Shown here piece after piece: positions 50,057 to 59,034 of a stretch of 64,000 nt of DNA (positions are counted from its first letter, which is position 1; each line of letters starts with the position of its first letter). A program made the position numbers and the translations under genes. The stretch spans positions 6,695,948 to 6,759,947 of the forward strand of contig CAWAIF010000003.1 in NCBI GenBank assembly GCA_963782055.1. Reading direction: 5' to 3'. The stretch comes from an uncultured delta proteobacterium (GTDB taxonomy: Bacteria > Myxococcota_A > Polyangia > Polyangiales > Polyangiaceae). A model generated the notes under the pieces. It was not told the origin of the DNA, made no database searches, and saw only the letters and a list, made by a program, of their open reading frames with translations.

Positions 50057-50653
50057 ATGGCCACCAAGCGCCGCGCATCCACGACCAGACCCCGACCTGC
50101 GACGACCGCCCGCGTCTCCCCGACCCGACCGGGGCTCGGCCGCGATTTCGACCTCAAGACCTTCTGGAAGAAGTCGGACTGGGCGAAGAAGGACTACATC
50201 GACGCGCCGCTCACTCCGACGCGCCTGGCGCGCGTGGAGAAGGCGCTCGGCTACAAGCTCCCCAAGGCATACGTCGCGCTGATGAAGCACCAGAACGGCG
50301 GGATCCCGCGCAACGGCAACCACCGCACGAAGAAGCGGACATCCTGGGCCAAGGACCACGTCGCCGTCAGCGGCATCTTCTCCATCGGGAACCGCAAGCC
50401 TTCCTCGCTGTGCGGCGGGTGCGGCAGCCAGTTCTGGGTCGACGAGTGGGGCTACCCGCCCATCGGCGTCTACTTCGCCGACTGCCCCTCCGCCGGCCAC
50501 GACATGCTCTGCCTCGACTACCGCAAGTGCGGCCCGAAGGGCGAGCCGCAGGTCGTCCACGTCGATCAGGAGAGAGACTACAAGATCACCTTCGTCGCGA
50601 AGGACTTCGCCTCCTTCGTCCGCGGCCTGGAGCCCGACGAGGCCTTCGACTGA
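50057..50653 (+). CDS. SMI1/KNR4 (SUKH-1) family protein
   Basis: Core SUKH motif 'LPKAYVALMKHQNGG' and a C-terminal 'FA.DFASFV' region. N-terminal basic Thr/Arg-rich tail. Confidence 0.65.
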   Translation: MATKRRASTTRPRPATTARVSPTRPGLGRDFDLKTFWKKSDWAKKDYIDAPLTPTRLARVEKALGYKLPKAYVALMKHQNGGIPRNGNHRTKKRTSWAKDHVAVSGIFSIGNRKPSSLCGGCGSQFWVDEWGYPPIGVYFADCPSAGHDMLCLDYRKCGPKGEPQVVHVDQERDYKITFVAKDFASFVRGLEPDEAFD

Positions 50654-50685
50654 AGCGCCCCGCGCGAGGTGGTAGGGTCGCGCGC

Positions 50686-51441
50686 GTGGGCACCTGGCTC
50701 GAACGCTACACGGCGGGGGAGACGGAGCGCGTCTGGGCGGAGATGGTCGCCCGCGGGGCCGCGGTCCGCGACGACCCCGCCTTCCTCTGGGACGCGACGG
50801 CCGTGGCGCGCGAGACGATGCGACGCGTCCGTGCGAACGCGGAGACCGTCCACCGGCGGCTCGGCGACATCGGCTACGCCTTCATCCGCCCCAAGGCGGC
50901 GCTGGTCGCGCCCGCCGCCCGCGTCGCCGGCCAGATCCGCAAGGTGGAGGCCGCGCTCGGGCCGTTGCCGCTCTCCCTCCACGCCTTCTACGAGATCGTC
51001 GGGGCGATCGACTTCCGGCAGTCGTGGAAGCAGCTCGTGAACATCTACGCGCGCGAGAAGCGCCGCGAGGTCCCGGAGGTGCTCTACCTCGGCGAGGCCA
51101 ACCCGCTCGTCGTCCACCCCGTTCGCGACATCCTCGCCGCGCTGGCGAAGAAGCCGGGCGCCACGAAGCTCTACTTCTGCTTCGCGCCGGACGAGTTCCA
51201 CAAGGCCAACTACAGCGGCGGCGAGAACTATCACCTCGACCTGCCCGATCCCGCCGCGGACGTCCCCATCCTGGGCATGTACGGGGTCGAGGAGACGTTC
51301 GTCCAGCACCTCCGCGAGTGCTTCCGCTTCGGCGGGTTCCGTGGCCACATCGAGAGTGAAGAGGACGGTGACACCTCGTGGAAGGTGCCGCCGCGCATGA
51401 CAATCACGCGGGAGCTGGCGAAGGGTCTGCTGCCGCTCTGA
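50686..51441 (+). CDS. Hypothetical protein
   Basis: GTG start 33 nt after the SUKH gene stop. 251 aa with coding GC3 bias. Confidence 0.4.
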   Translation: MGTWLERYTAGETERVWAEMVARGAAVRDDPAFLWDATAVARETMRRVRANAETVHRRLGDIGYAFIRPKAALVAPAARVAGQIRKVEAALGPLPLSLHAFYEIVGAIDFRQSWKQLVNIYAREKRREVPEVLYLGEANPLVVHPVRDILAALAKKPGATKLYFCFAPDEFHKANYSGGENYHLDLPDPAADVPILGMYGVEETFVQHLRECFRFGGFRGHIESEEDGDTSWKVPPRMTITRELAKGLLPL

Positions 51442-51758
51442 CCGGCGGCGCGACACCTCGTCCGGGCCTCGGGGAGGGGTTGATGTGCCCGGTGGAGTTC
51501 TTAAGTTGAGAACGTCCGGCGCGCGGGTGCCGAGTGCCGGGCGCCTTCGAAAGGCGGCTCCCATGTATGCCAAACCGCGACAAGGGTCGCGTGCCCGCCG
51601 TCCGGGCGTCCTCCGGCGCGTTCGCGCCGCCGTGCGCCGCTGGCTCCGTGCTCGGCTGAGCGAGCCGGGCCCGGTGGTCGACTACACCGGCCCGTGGCTC
51701 CACGGCCCGGTCTGAGGCCTCCCCATCGGCGACGTCCCAGGCGAGGCGCGCCCGCTCG

Positions 51759-52646
51759 TCACAGCTTCTTGCGCAGCGTGAAGGCGTCGTGATCGAGGAC
51801 GAAGCCGGCGCGCTCGTAGAGCCCACGGGCGCGTAGGTTGTCCTCCTCGGTGCACAGCTCGATGCGCTTCGCGCCCCGCGCGCACAGCGTGGCGATGCCG
51901 CGCGAGAGCAGCGCCGCGCCGACGCCTCGCCCCTCGTGCCCCGGGAGCACGCCGATGGCCTGCACGTACCCCGTCTCCGCCCGCTGCTCGAGGTGACAGA
52001 ACCCGATGGGCGCGTCGGTCTCGGCGATCCACAGGGCGAAGCCCGGGATGCGCGCGTGGCTCGCCACCGACGCCTCCGTCTCCGGGAGGAAGCCGGCGTC
52101 ACGCGAGAGCGTCGCGTTGGTCATCGCGGCCCACGCCGCGTCGTCGCGACCTTGCTCGTAGGGCCGGAGCGCGACGCCCGCCGGGACCTGCGCCACGAAG
52201 GGCGCGTCGCCGCGTGACAGGAACAGATCGCGCACCAGGACGACGAAGCCGTGCACCTCGGCGAAGCGGCGCGCGCCGGTCTGCGTGCCCTTCACCGACG
52301 AATCGATGGTCGCGACGCCTTCGACGCGGGCGGCCGCCTCGCAGTCGGCCAGCAGCCGCGAGCCGATGCCCCCGCGCCGGTGACGCGGGTCGACGTAGAC
52401 GCGCGCGTGCAACACGCCGCCCGACGCGCGCGGGTCGTCGGTCAGGCCTGCGGTGAGCAGCGCGACAATCTCCCCGCTCCGCTCCACGACGCGGAAGCGC
52501 CGCCCGCCGTCGAAGCGCGAGACCGCGCGCAGGGCGCGCCAGCGGTCGAGCGTCACCGTGCCGTAGCGCTCGTCCGCGCGTAGCCGCGCGAACAGGCTCA
52601 CCACGCCCTCGTCGTCGTCGGGATGGAACGGTCGCGATTCGCTCAT
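51759..52646 (-). CDS. Tandem GNAT N-acetyltransferase (MshD-like architecture)
   Basis: Two acetyl-CoA-binding motifs 'RRGGIGSRLL' and 'EGRGVGAALL' (Q/RxxGxG/A) in N- and C-terminal halves. Confidence 0.75.
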   Translation of the reverse strand: MSESRPFHPDDDEGVVSLFARLRADERYGTVTLDRWRALRAVSRFDGGRRFRVVERSGEIVALLTAGLTDDPRASGGVLHARVYVDPRHRRGGIGSRLLADCEAAARVEGVATIDSSVKGTQTGARRFAEVHGFVVLVRDLFLSRGDAPFVAQVPAGVALRPYEQGRDDAAWAAMTNATLSRDAGFLPETEASVASHARIPGFALWIAETDAPIGFCHLEQRAETGYVQAIGVLPGHEGRGVGAALLSRGIATLCARGAKRIELCTEEDNLRARGLYERAGFVLDHDAFTLRKKL

Positions 52647-52775
52647 GGCTCGCAGGCGAGTCTACGACGCCCGACACGCCGAGACCTGACAAGCCGGTAC
52701 GCGAGCGGCGGCATGTTCACGTACATGGCGTTCGACCCCGGCGCGCGGTCCTTCGGGGCCGGGCCGTTCCGCTCT

Positions 52776-53546
52776 TCAGCCCCCGAGGTAGGCGGCGCGG
52801 ATCTCCTCGTTCTTCGCCAGCTCCGCCGAGGGGCCCTCCAGCGCGATCTCCCCGGTCCGCAGCACGTACGCCCGCACGCTCGACGCCAGCGCGATGCGGG
52901 TGTTCTGCTCCACGAGCAGGATGGTCACCCCCGCCGCGGCGATGGCGCGGACCGCCGCGAAGATCTGCTGCACCAGCTTCGGCGCGATGCCCAGCGAGGG
53001 CTCGTCCAGCAGGAGCAGCGTGGGCCGGGCCATCAGCGCGCGCGCGATGGCCAGCATCTGCTGCTCGCCGCCGGACAGCGTGCCGCCCTCCTGCTTCATG
53101 CGCTCCCCCAGGCGCGGGAAGAGCCCGGTCACGTCCTCGAGCGTCTCGGCGATCGTCCTCCTGTCCCGGTGGTTGTACGCGCCCAGCTCCAGGTTCTCGC
53201 GCACCGTCAGGTTGGGGAAGATGGCGCGACCCTCCGGCACGAGCGAGACGCCCATCGCGACCAGCTTCGTCGTCGAGACGTTCGCCACGCTCTCGCCCGC
53301 GTAGCGGACGTCACCGCCTGCGATCGGCAGCAGCCGCGCGATCGTCTTGAGGGTCGTCGTCTTGCCGGCGCCGTTGGCGCCGATCAGCGCGACGATCTCC
53401 CCGCGCCCCACCGAGAGGCTGACGCCCTTGAGCGCCTTGATCCCGCCGTAGTGGACCTTCAGGCCGGACACCTCCAGCACCGGCGTCCCCTCCGGGAGCT
53501 GGAGCGGCGCGCGGGTCGGGTGGGCGACGCGCATCCCGACCGTCAC
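52776..53546 (-). CDS. livF: Branched-chain amino acid ABC transporter ATP-binding protein (LivF-like)
   Basis: Walker A 'GANGAGKTT', signature 'LSGGEQQ', Walker B 'LLLDEPSLG'. GTG start. Confidence 0.8.
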   Translation of the reverse strand: MTVGMRVAHPTRAPLQLPEGTPVLEVSGLKVHYGGIKALKGVSLSVGRGEIVALIGANGAGKTTTLKTIARLLPIAGGDVRYAGESVANVSTTKLVAMGVSLVPEGRAIFPNLTVRENLELGAYNHRDRRTIAETLEDVTGLFPRLGERMKQEGGTLSGGEQQMLAIARALMARPTLLLLDEPSLGIAPKLVQQIFAAVRAIAAAGVTILLVEQNTRIALASSVRAYVLRTGEIALEGPSAELAKNEEIRAAYLGG

Positions 53547-54340
53547 GGCTGCGCCTCCTGCTCCTTCGCGACCTCGTCCTCGTCCTCGCCGAGGTACGCG
53601 GCGATCACGGCCGGGTCCTGTCGCACCTGGTCCGGCGTGCCGTGCGCGATGGTCTCGCCGTGATCGAGCACGTGGATCTCCTCGCAGACCCCCATGACCA
53701 CCTGCATGTTGTGCTCGACCAGGACCACGCTCAGGTCGAAGGTGTCGCGCAGCCAGCGGATCTGCTTCTGAAGGCCCTCCGCCTCGCCGTAGTTCATGCC
53801 CGCGGCGGGCTCGTCCAGGAGCAACAGCTTCGGCGAGAGCATCATCGCGCGGGCGATCTCCAGGCGGCGCTGGTCGCCGTAGGAGAGAGACGTCGACATC
53901 TCCTCCGCCATCGCCCCGAGCTCGAAGACCTCCATCAGCTCCTGGGCCTTCTTGCGCATCGCGACGTCGTCGTCGAAGTGCGCGCGTGTCCGCAGCAGCG
54001 CGGAGAACAGGTTGGCCTTGCGCTGCAGCTCGCAGGCGACGAGCAGGTTCTCCATCACCGTGAGCTGGCCGAAGAGGCGGACGTTCTGGAAGGTGCGCGC
54101 GATGCCCGCCGCGGCGATGCGCGCGGGCTTGAGCGGCAACAGGTCCGTCTCGCCGAAGCGGATGTGCCCGGAGTCGTGCTTGTAGACGCCGGTGATCAGG
54201 TTGAAGACTGTTGTCTTGCCCGCGCCGTTCGGCCCGATGAGGCCGAAGATGCTCCTCGGGCCGACGGTGAAGCTCACGTCGCCGACGGCGCGCAGGCCGC
54301 CGAAGCTCTTGGTCACGCGGGAGAGCTGGAGCGTCGTCAT
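53543..54340 (-). CDS. livG: Branched-chain amino acid ABC transporter ATP-binding protein (LivG-like)
   Basis: Walker A 'GPNGAGKTT', signature 'LSYGDQRRLE', Walker B 'LLLDEPAAG'. 4-nt overlap with livF. Confidence 0.8.
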   Translation of the reverse strand: MTTLQLSRVTKSFGGLRAVGDVSFTVGPRSIFGLIGPNGAGKTTVFNLITGVYKHDSGHIRFGETDLLPLKPARIAAAGIARTFQNVRLFGQLTVMENLLVACELQRKANLFSALLRTRAHFDDDVAMRKKAQELMEVFELGAMAEEMSTSLSYGDQRRLEIARAMMLSPKLLLLDEPAAGMNYGEAEGLQKQIRWLRDTFDLSVVLVEHNMQVVMGVCEEIHVLDHGETIAHGTPDQVRQDPAVIAAYLGEDEDEVAKEQEAQP

Positions 54341-55485
54341 GCCCGCGCCCGCTTGCGTCCGGAGAAGAGCTCGCGCTCGCCCAGCAGCCCCTCCGGCCGG
54401 CGGATCATCAGGGCGATGACAAGCGCCGCGTACACGATCATCCGCAGGGCGTTGAGGTCGAGCGTGAGGTCGGCGCCGAAGAGATGGTGCGGGCCGCGGA
54501 TGGCCGTCGCCACGCCGGTGTTCTGCACCAGCTCGATCGCCTTGACGGTGAAGGTCACGAAGAGGCCGCCCAGGATCGCGCCGGTCACGCTGCCCGAGCC
54601 GCCCAGGATGACCATGGTGATGACGTCGAAGGACATCTGGAAGCCGAAGGTGTCGGGGTTCACCACGTAGGAGCCATCGCGCATCATCGCCATCAGCCCG
54701 CCGGCGATGCCCCCGCCGACGGCCGCGATGACGAAGGAGGTGACCTTGTAGCGGGTGGGGTCGACGCCCACCGCGGCGGCGGCGATCTCGTCCTCGCGCA
54801 GGGCGCGCAGCGCGCGGCCCCACCCGGAGAACTTGAGGCGCCACGCCAGGACCGCGCAGAGCACCGTGAGGCCGAGCACCCAGAAGGGCCCGGCGTACTG
54901 CGGGTTGCCGTTGTTGTCCGGGCCGGAGTAGCCGTTCTGCCCGCCCAGCGCGGTGAGCATCACCGAGATGGCGTGAAAGAAGCTGCCGAACCCGTGCACG
55001 TGGTGCCACGCCTCCCCTACCGTCTCCGGCTCGCCGATCTGGGCGGTGGCGAGCACCAGCCGGAAGATCTCGGCGAAGCCGAGGGTGACGATGGCGAGGT
55101 AGTCCCCCCTGAGGCGCAGGCTGGGCAGGCCGACGACGAGGCCGAAGAGCCCCGCCATGAAGGCGGAGGCGAGCAGGCACACCGGCACGACGAGGAAGGA
55201 GCGGCCGAAGTCGGTGTCGCTCCCGCCGAGCGCCTGGTGAAGGTGCCCGGCGATGACCGCGCTGGTGTACGCGCCCAGGCCCATGAAGCCCGCGTGGCCG
55301 ATGGAGAACTGCCCCGCCATGCCGTTGATGACGTTGAGCGAGAGCGCCGCCAGGACGTTGACCCCCGCGAGCATCAGCAGGTTGCGGATGGAGCTGTCCG
55401 GGACGATGGTATCCAGGCCGAACTCCAGGCCGAGGACCACCGCCAGCGTGAGGGCGGCGAGGAGGATCGTCCGCATGCGGGGCAT
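54337..55485 (-). CDS. livM: Branched-chain amino acid ABC transporter permease (LivM-like)
   Basis: 382 aa, ~10 TM helices with LivH/LivM-type motifs. 4-nt overlap with livG. Confidence 0.75.
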   Translation of the reverse strand: MPRMRTILLAALTLAVVLGLEFGLDTIVPDSSIRNLLMLAGVNVLAALSLNVINGMAGQFSIGHAGFMGLGAYTSAVIAGHLHQALGGSDTDFGRSFLVVPVCLLASAFMAGLFGLVVGLPSLRLRGDYLAIVTLGFAEIFRLVLATAQIGEPETVGEAWHHVHGFGSFFHAISVMLTALGGQNGYSGPDNNGNPQYAGPFWVLGLTVLCAVLAWRLKFSGWGRALRALREDEIAAAAVGVDPTRYKVTSFVIAAVGGGIAGGLMAMMRDGSYVVNPDTFGFQMSFDVITMVILGGSGSVTGAILGGLFVTFTVKAIELVQNTGVATAIRGPHHLFGADLTLDLNALRMIVYAALVIALMIRRPEGLLGERELFSGRKRARA

Positions 55486-55506
55486 GAGCCCCGCGGTCTT
55501 ACTCGC

Positions 55507-56136
55507 CTACTTGATCACCCTCAAGTACGGCGGCAGCTCGCGTCGCGGACGGCGGCCGGGCTCCGCCTCCGCGCGCTGGGCTCCCTCCTGCGGCTCGGCC
55601 GGGGCGGGCTCGCCTTCCGCCGGCTCCTCGTCGGACGCGGAGACGGGCTCCGCGGCGGCGGGATCGACCGAGACCAGGCGCGTACGCACGTCCGCGCCGG
55701 GGGCAGGCGACGCGTCCTTGCCGCGCGCGCGGGACCCGCGCGAGGCCTTCTCGCCGGGGGCGCGGCGGGCCTCCTTGGCCTGGACCTGAGCCGCGCGCTG
55801 CTCGGCCTGACGCGCCACCTCGGGCGGGACGTCGTCGGGCCAGACCATCGCGCGGCCGTCGTCGCCGACCATCGCGAAGATGGTGGGCCACGGCAGGATG
55901 CAGAGGAAGCGCGCGCCCTTGAAGCTGAGCGTGCACGAGATGCCCTCCTCCCCCACGTCCAGGTCGGGGATGGGGACGGCCATGTTGAGGCCGATGTGCA
56001 GCACGAGCTGGCTGTTCGCCTTGAGGTGCGGCGGCACCACCACGCCCGTCCTGCGCGCGTCGATGTGGAGGAACACGCTGACGCGCTCGAGCAGCGCGAG
56101 CACGACTTCCTTCTTGGACGGAAGCGGGGGACCCAT
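55507..56136 (-). CDS. sspB: ClpXP adaptor SspB-like protein
   Basis: Start at 'MGPPLPSKKEVVLALLERVSVFLHIDAR'. SspB-fold N-domain, acidic/Pro-rich linker and C-terminal ClpX-binding tail 'LRVIK'. Confidence 0.65.
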   Translation of the reverse strand: MGPPLPSKKEVVLALLERVSVFLHIDARRTGVVVPPHLKANSQLVLHIGLNMAVPIPDLDVGEEGISCTLSFKGARFLCILPWPTIFAMVGDDGRAMVWPDDVPPEVARQAEQRAAQVQAKEARRAPGEKASRGSRARGKDASPAPGADVRTRLVSVDPAAAEPVSASDEEPAEGEPAPAEPQEGAQRAEAEPGRRPRRELPPYLRVIK

Positions 56137-56193
56137 CGAGAGGATCACTGTACGCTGGGGGGCGCACGGCGCGCCACCCCTTCTGGCCCGAGC

Positions 56194-56817
56194 ATGAGCG
56201 CACGCATCACCACCATCCTCGACACGCCACCCATCGCGCGCGTGGTCGCCGCGGAGGTCTTTGACGCGTTCGGCTGGTGTGCGGGCGGTGCGCTCGAGTG
56301 GGGGCGCCCGGCGTCGCGGCCGTTCGACCTGTCCCCGCCCATCGACGGGTCGGACCCCGCGCGCATGGTCTTCGTCTTCCACGCCGCGTGTGACTTTCTC
56401 CCGCAGGAGCTCGCGCGGCTGCACGCGACGGGGATGGGGCTCGCGGGCGAGCTGGCGCTCGCGCCGTACGCGATCGACGACGCCACCGACGAGCTCCACG
56501 CGCGGCGCGTGCCGCCCGCCTCGCTGCTCTGGCTGGCCGCCGACAACCTGAACGCGCTCTTCTGGGGCCTGCACGACTGGGCGCACTTCCACAACCACGG
56601 CCCCTTCACCGCGCGCGCGGCGACCGAGCTGCAGTGCGACGCGGCGGCGCTCGCCTGGCTAGGCCTCAACCGCGAGCGCGTCGGCCTGGACGAGGAGCGG
56701 CTGGCGCGTCTGGAGGAGGAGGTGGCGCGCGTCGCGGCAGGACGCTTCGCGGCCGAGGCCGCCCCGACCCCCGACGTACGGCGCGCGCTCCAGGCCGCCC
56801 GCCGCGACCGGTCATGA
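56194..56817 (+). CDS. Hypothetical protein with a His cluster ('HDWAHFHNHG')
   Basis: 207 aa with coding GC3 bias. Its 3' end overlaps the convergent histidine kinase gene by 6 nt. Confidence 0.4.
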   Translation: MSARITTILDTPPIARVVAAEVFDAFGWCAGGALEWGRPASRPFDLSPPIDGSDPARMVFVFHAACDFLPQELARLHATGMGLAGELALAPYAIDDATDELHARRVPPASLLWLAADNLNALFWGLHDWAHFHNHGPFTARAATELQCDAAALAWLGLNRERVGLDEERLARLEEEVARVAAGRFAAEAAPTPDVRRALQAARRDRS

Positions 56818-58608
56818 CGGGTCGGTGAAGGACTCGTCCACCGGGAGGCGGATGACGAAGGTGGTCCCGCGTCCAGGGGAGGTGTCCACGGCGGTCTCGC
56901 CGCGGTGCACGTCCACGATGCGCTTCACGACCGTCAGGCCCAGGCCGGTGCCGCTCGCGCGCGTGGTGAAGAAGGGCTCGAAGATGCGGGGCGCCGCCTC
57001 CGGGGCGATCCCGGGGCCGGTGTCGTGGATCTCCACGCACACGCACTCGTCGGCGCGGCGCATGCGGACCGTGAGCGTCCCGCCGCGGTCGCCCATGGCC
57101 TGCACCGCGTTGATCGCCACGTTCAGGATCGCTTGACGCATCAATCGCTCGTCGATGGGGACCGCGGGCAGGCCCTCCTCGATCTGACGGTCGACCTGCA
57201 CGCGGCCCTCGGCGCCGGCGCACGCCGCCTCGATCGCCCCCTGCACGACGGGCTGCAGCGGCGCGCGTCGCAGCGCGGGGCTCACCGGCCGCGCCAGGTC
57301 GAGCAGGTCGCCCACGATGTGGTTCATGCGCGTCGCCTCCTCGTCCAGGATCTCGACGAGCTGCCGCGCGCGGTCGTCCTCGCCGAGGAGCCGGCGGATG
57401 GCGCCGACGGAGTTGAAGACGACGCCCAGCGGGTTGCGGATCTCGTGCGCCACGACGGCCGCGAGCTCGCCCAGGGCCGCCAGGCGCTCGCGCTGCACGA
57501 GCTGCTCCTGGGTGCGCGCGAGGTCAGCGTAGCTCTTGCGGAGGTCGTCCAGCAGGCGCTTGGCCTGCACCGCCGCCGCGAAGTGCGCGGCGGCCGCCTG
57601 CACCACGTCCACGTCGCGCGAGCCGACGTCGTCGCGCGTGTCGCCATAGCCCACGTTCATGACGCCGATGACCTCCGCGTGGGCGATCAGCGGCACCGAG
57701 ACAATCGTGCGCTGCCCCAGGCGCTCGAGGAGCCTGCGCCGCTCCGGCGAGTAGTCGTCGCGGACCCACACGTGCGGGGCCGCCTCGTGCGCCACGATGC
57801 CGAGGTGCGTGCCGTCCAGACTCATGCGCGAGAGATCCCGCGCGGCCTCCTCCGACCCGCCCTGCAGGTGGGCGAGGGTCGCCGTCTCCCGCGAGGGATC
57901 GATGAGGTAGATGGCGACGGCCTTGCAGCCGAGCACGTGCAGCAGCTCGCGCACACCGGAGCCGAAGAGGCCGGGGAGGTCGCTCGCGGCGCCGGCCGCG
58001 CCGGCGATGCGGTTGAGCGCGGCGAGGTCCTCGTTGCGGGCCGAGAGGTCGGCGATGACGCGCGCGGTGTCGAGAGCGGACGAGACCTGCGCGCCGAGCA
58101 GACCAAAGGCCGGCACGTCCTCCTCGCGCAGGAAGTCGGCGAGCACGACGAGGACCTGCGCGGGCTGCCCGCCCACGTCGATGCGCACCGCGATGCCGCG
58201 GCCCATGTCGTTGCTGCGAGACATCTCGTGGACCACCTCGTGCGCCTCGCGCGGGAGGAAGGCGGAGGCGGCGAGCGGCATGTCGTCGACGAAGACGTGC
58301 CCCTCGCGCCAGACGCGCTCCAGGCCCTCGTCGAGCGGGCCCCGCAGCCCCGCCATCTCCACGCCGATGACGCTCTCGAACGCGCTGACGAGGCCGTCCG
58401 GCGCCCCCGCGGCGACGATGGCGGCGCGCTGCCCCTCCCGGCGCATGCGCAGCCACGCGAACCCGAGCCGCTCCAGGCCGCGCGCGAGCGTGGCGAAGAT
58501 GGCCTCGTCGGCGTGCTCCGCCTGCACGTCGGCGCCCAGGCTCACCAGCCCGCCCAGCCGCTTGCGCCGCTCGTGGCGCTGCGTCCTGTCGACGAGCTGG
58601 AACAGCAC
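56812..58608 (-). CDS. GAF-domain sensor histidine kinase
   Basis: Two GAF-like regions, H-box 'AHEIRNPL', HATPase boxes 'DTGPGI', 'GTGLGL'. The listed GTG start is probably internal to a frameshifted longer gene. Confidence 0.8.
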   Translation of the reverse strand: MLFQLVDRTQRHERRKRLGGLVSLGADVQAEHADEAIFATLARGLERLGFAWLRMRREGQRAAIVAAGAPDGLVSAFESVIGVEMAGLRGPLDEGLERVWREGHVFVDDMPLAASAFLPREAHEVVHEMSRSNDMGRGIAVRIDVGGQPAQVLVVLADFLREEDVPAFGLLGAQVSSALDTARVIADLSARNEDLAALNRIAGAAGAASDLPGLFGSGVRELLHVLGCKAVAIYLIDPSRETATLAHLQGGSEEAARDLSRMSLDGTHLGIVAHEAAPHVWVRDDYSPERRRLLERLGQRTIVSVPLIAHAEVIGVMNVGYGDTRDDVGSRDVDVVQAAAAHFAAAVQAKRLLDDLRKSYADLARTQEQLVQRERLAALGELAAVVAHEIRNPLGVVFNSVGAIRRLLGEDDRARQLVEILDEEATRMNHIVGDLLDLARPVSPALRRAPLQPVVQGAIEAACAGAEGRVQVDRQIEEGLPAVPIDERLMRQAILNVAINAVQAMGDRGGTLTVRMRRADECVCVEIHDTGPGIAPEAAPRIFEPFFTTRASGTGLGLTVVKRIVDVHRGETAVDTSPGRGTTFVIRLPVDESFTDPS

Positions 58609-58639
58609 GTCGCGGGTGTCCGGAAGCGTGGAGACCCAG

Positions 58640-58906
58640 AATCTCCACGTGGCGGCGGCCGCCGTCGCCGCGCACGACGGTGAACTCGTAGGAGTCGGGC
58701 ACCGACTCCCCGCGGCGCCGCCGGGTGTGCCGCTCCCGCACGCGCTCCTGATCCTCCACCGCGACCCGCTCGAAGAAGGGGCGCCCCACGAACTGCTCGC
58801 GCGGGAGGCCGACCAGCTCCAGCAGGCGCGCGTTGGCGTAGACGATGTTTCGCTCGCGGATCACCCCGACGGGCAGCGGCGCGCGCTCGAGCCAGTCCCT
58901 CTCCAT
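58640..58906 (-). CDS. PAS-domain N-terminal fragment of the same histidine kinase, in a different frame
   Basis: PAS pattern 'MERDWLERAPLPVGVIRERNIVYANARLLELVGLPREQFVGRPFFE...DSYEFTVVRGDGGRRHVE'. Downstream of this the coding GC3 signal continues in the kinase frame ('WVSTLPDTRDVLFQLVDRTQRHERRK'). Confidence 0.5.
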
Positions 58907-59034
58907 GCCGCGCGCTGGCGCGGCGGCGGGCGGAGACGGATTGGCCGGAGCGGCATCGGACGCCAAGACCCGGAATCATACCGCATCTGGCCGGACCGTA
59001 CGGTCCGGACGGGGCGCTCCCCCCCCCGCGCCGC

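Noticed and set aside
51485-51715. 76-aa Arg-rich ORF in the intergenic region before the GNAT gene, with a low-GC TTCTTAAGTTGAGAAC inverted repeat
   Set aside because: The translation is low-complexity Arg/Pro-rich. The AT-rich hairpin is more likely a promoter or terminator element, and I could not define convincing -35/-10 spacing.
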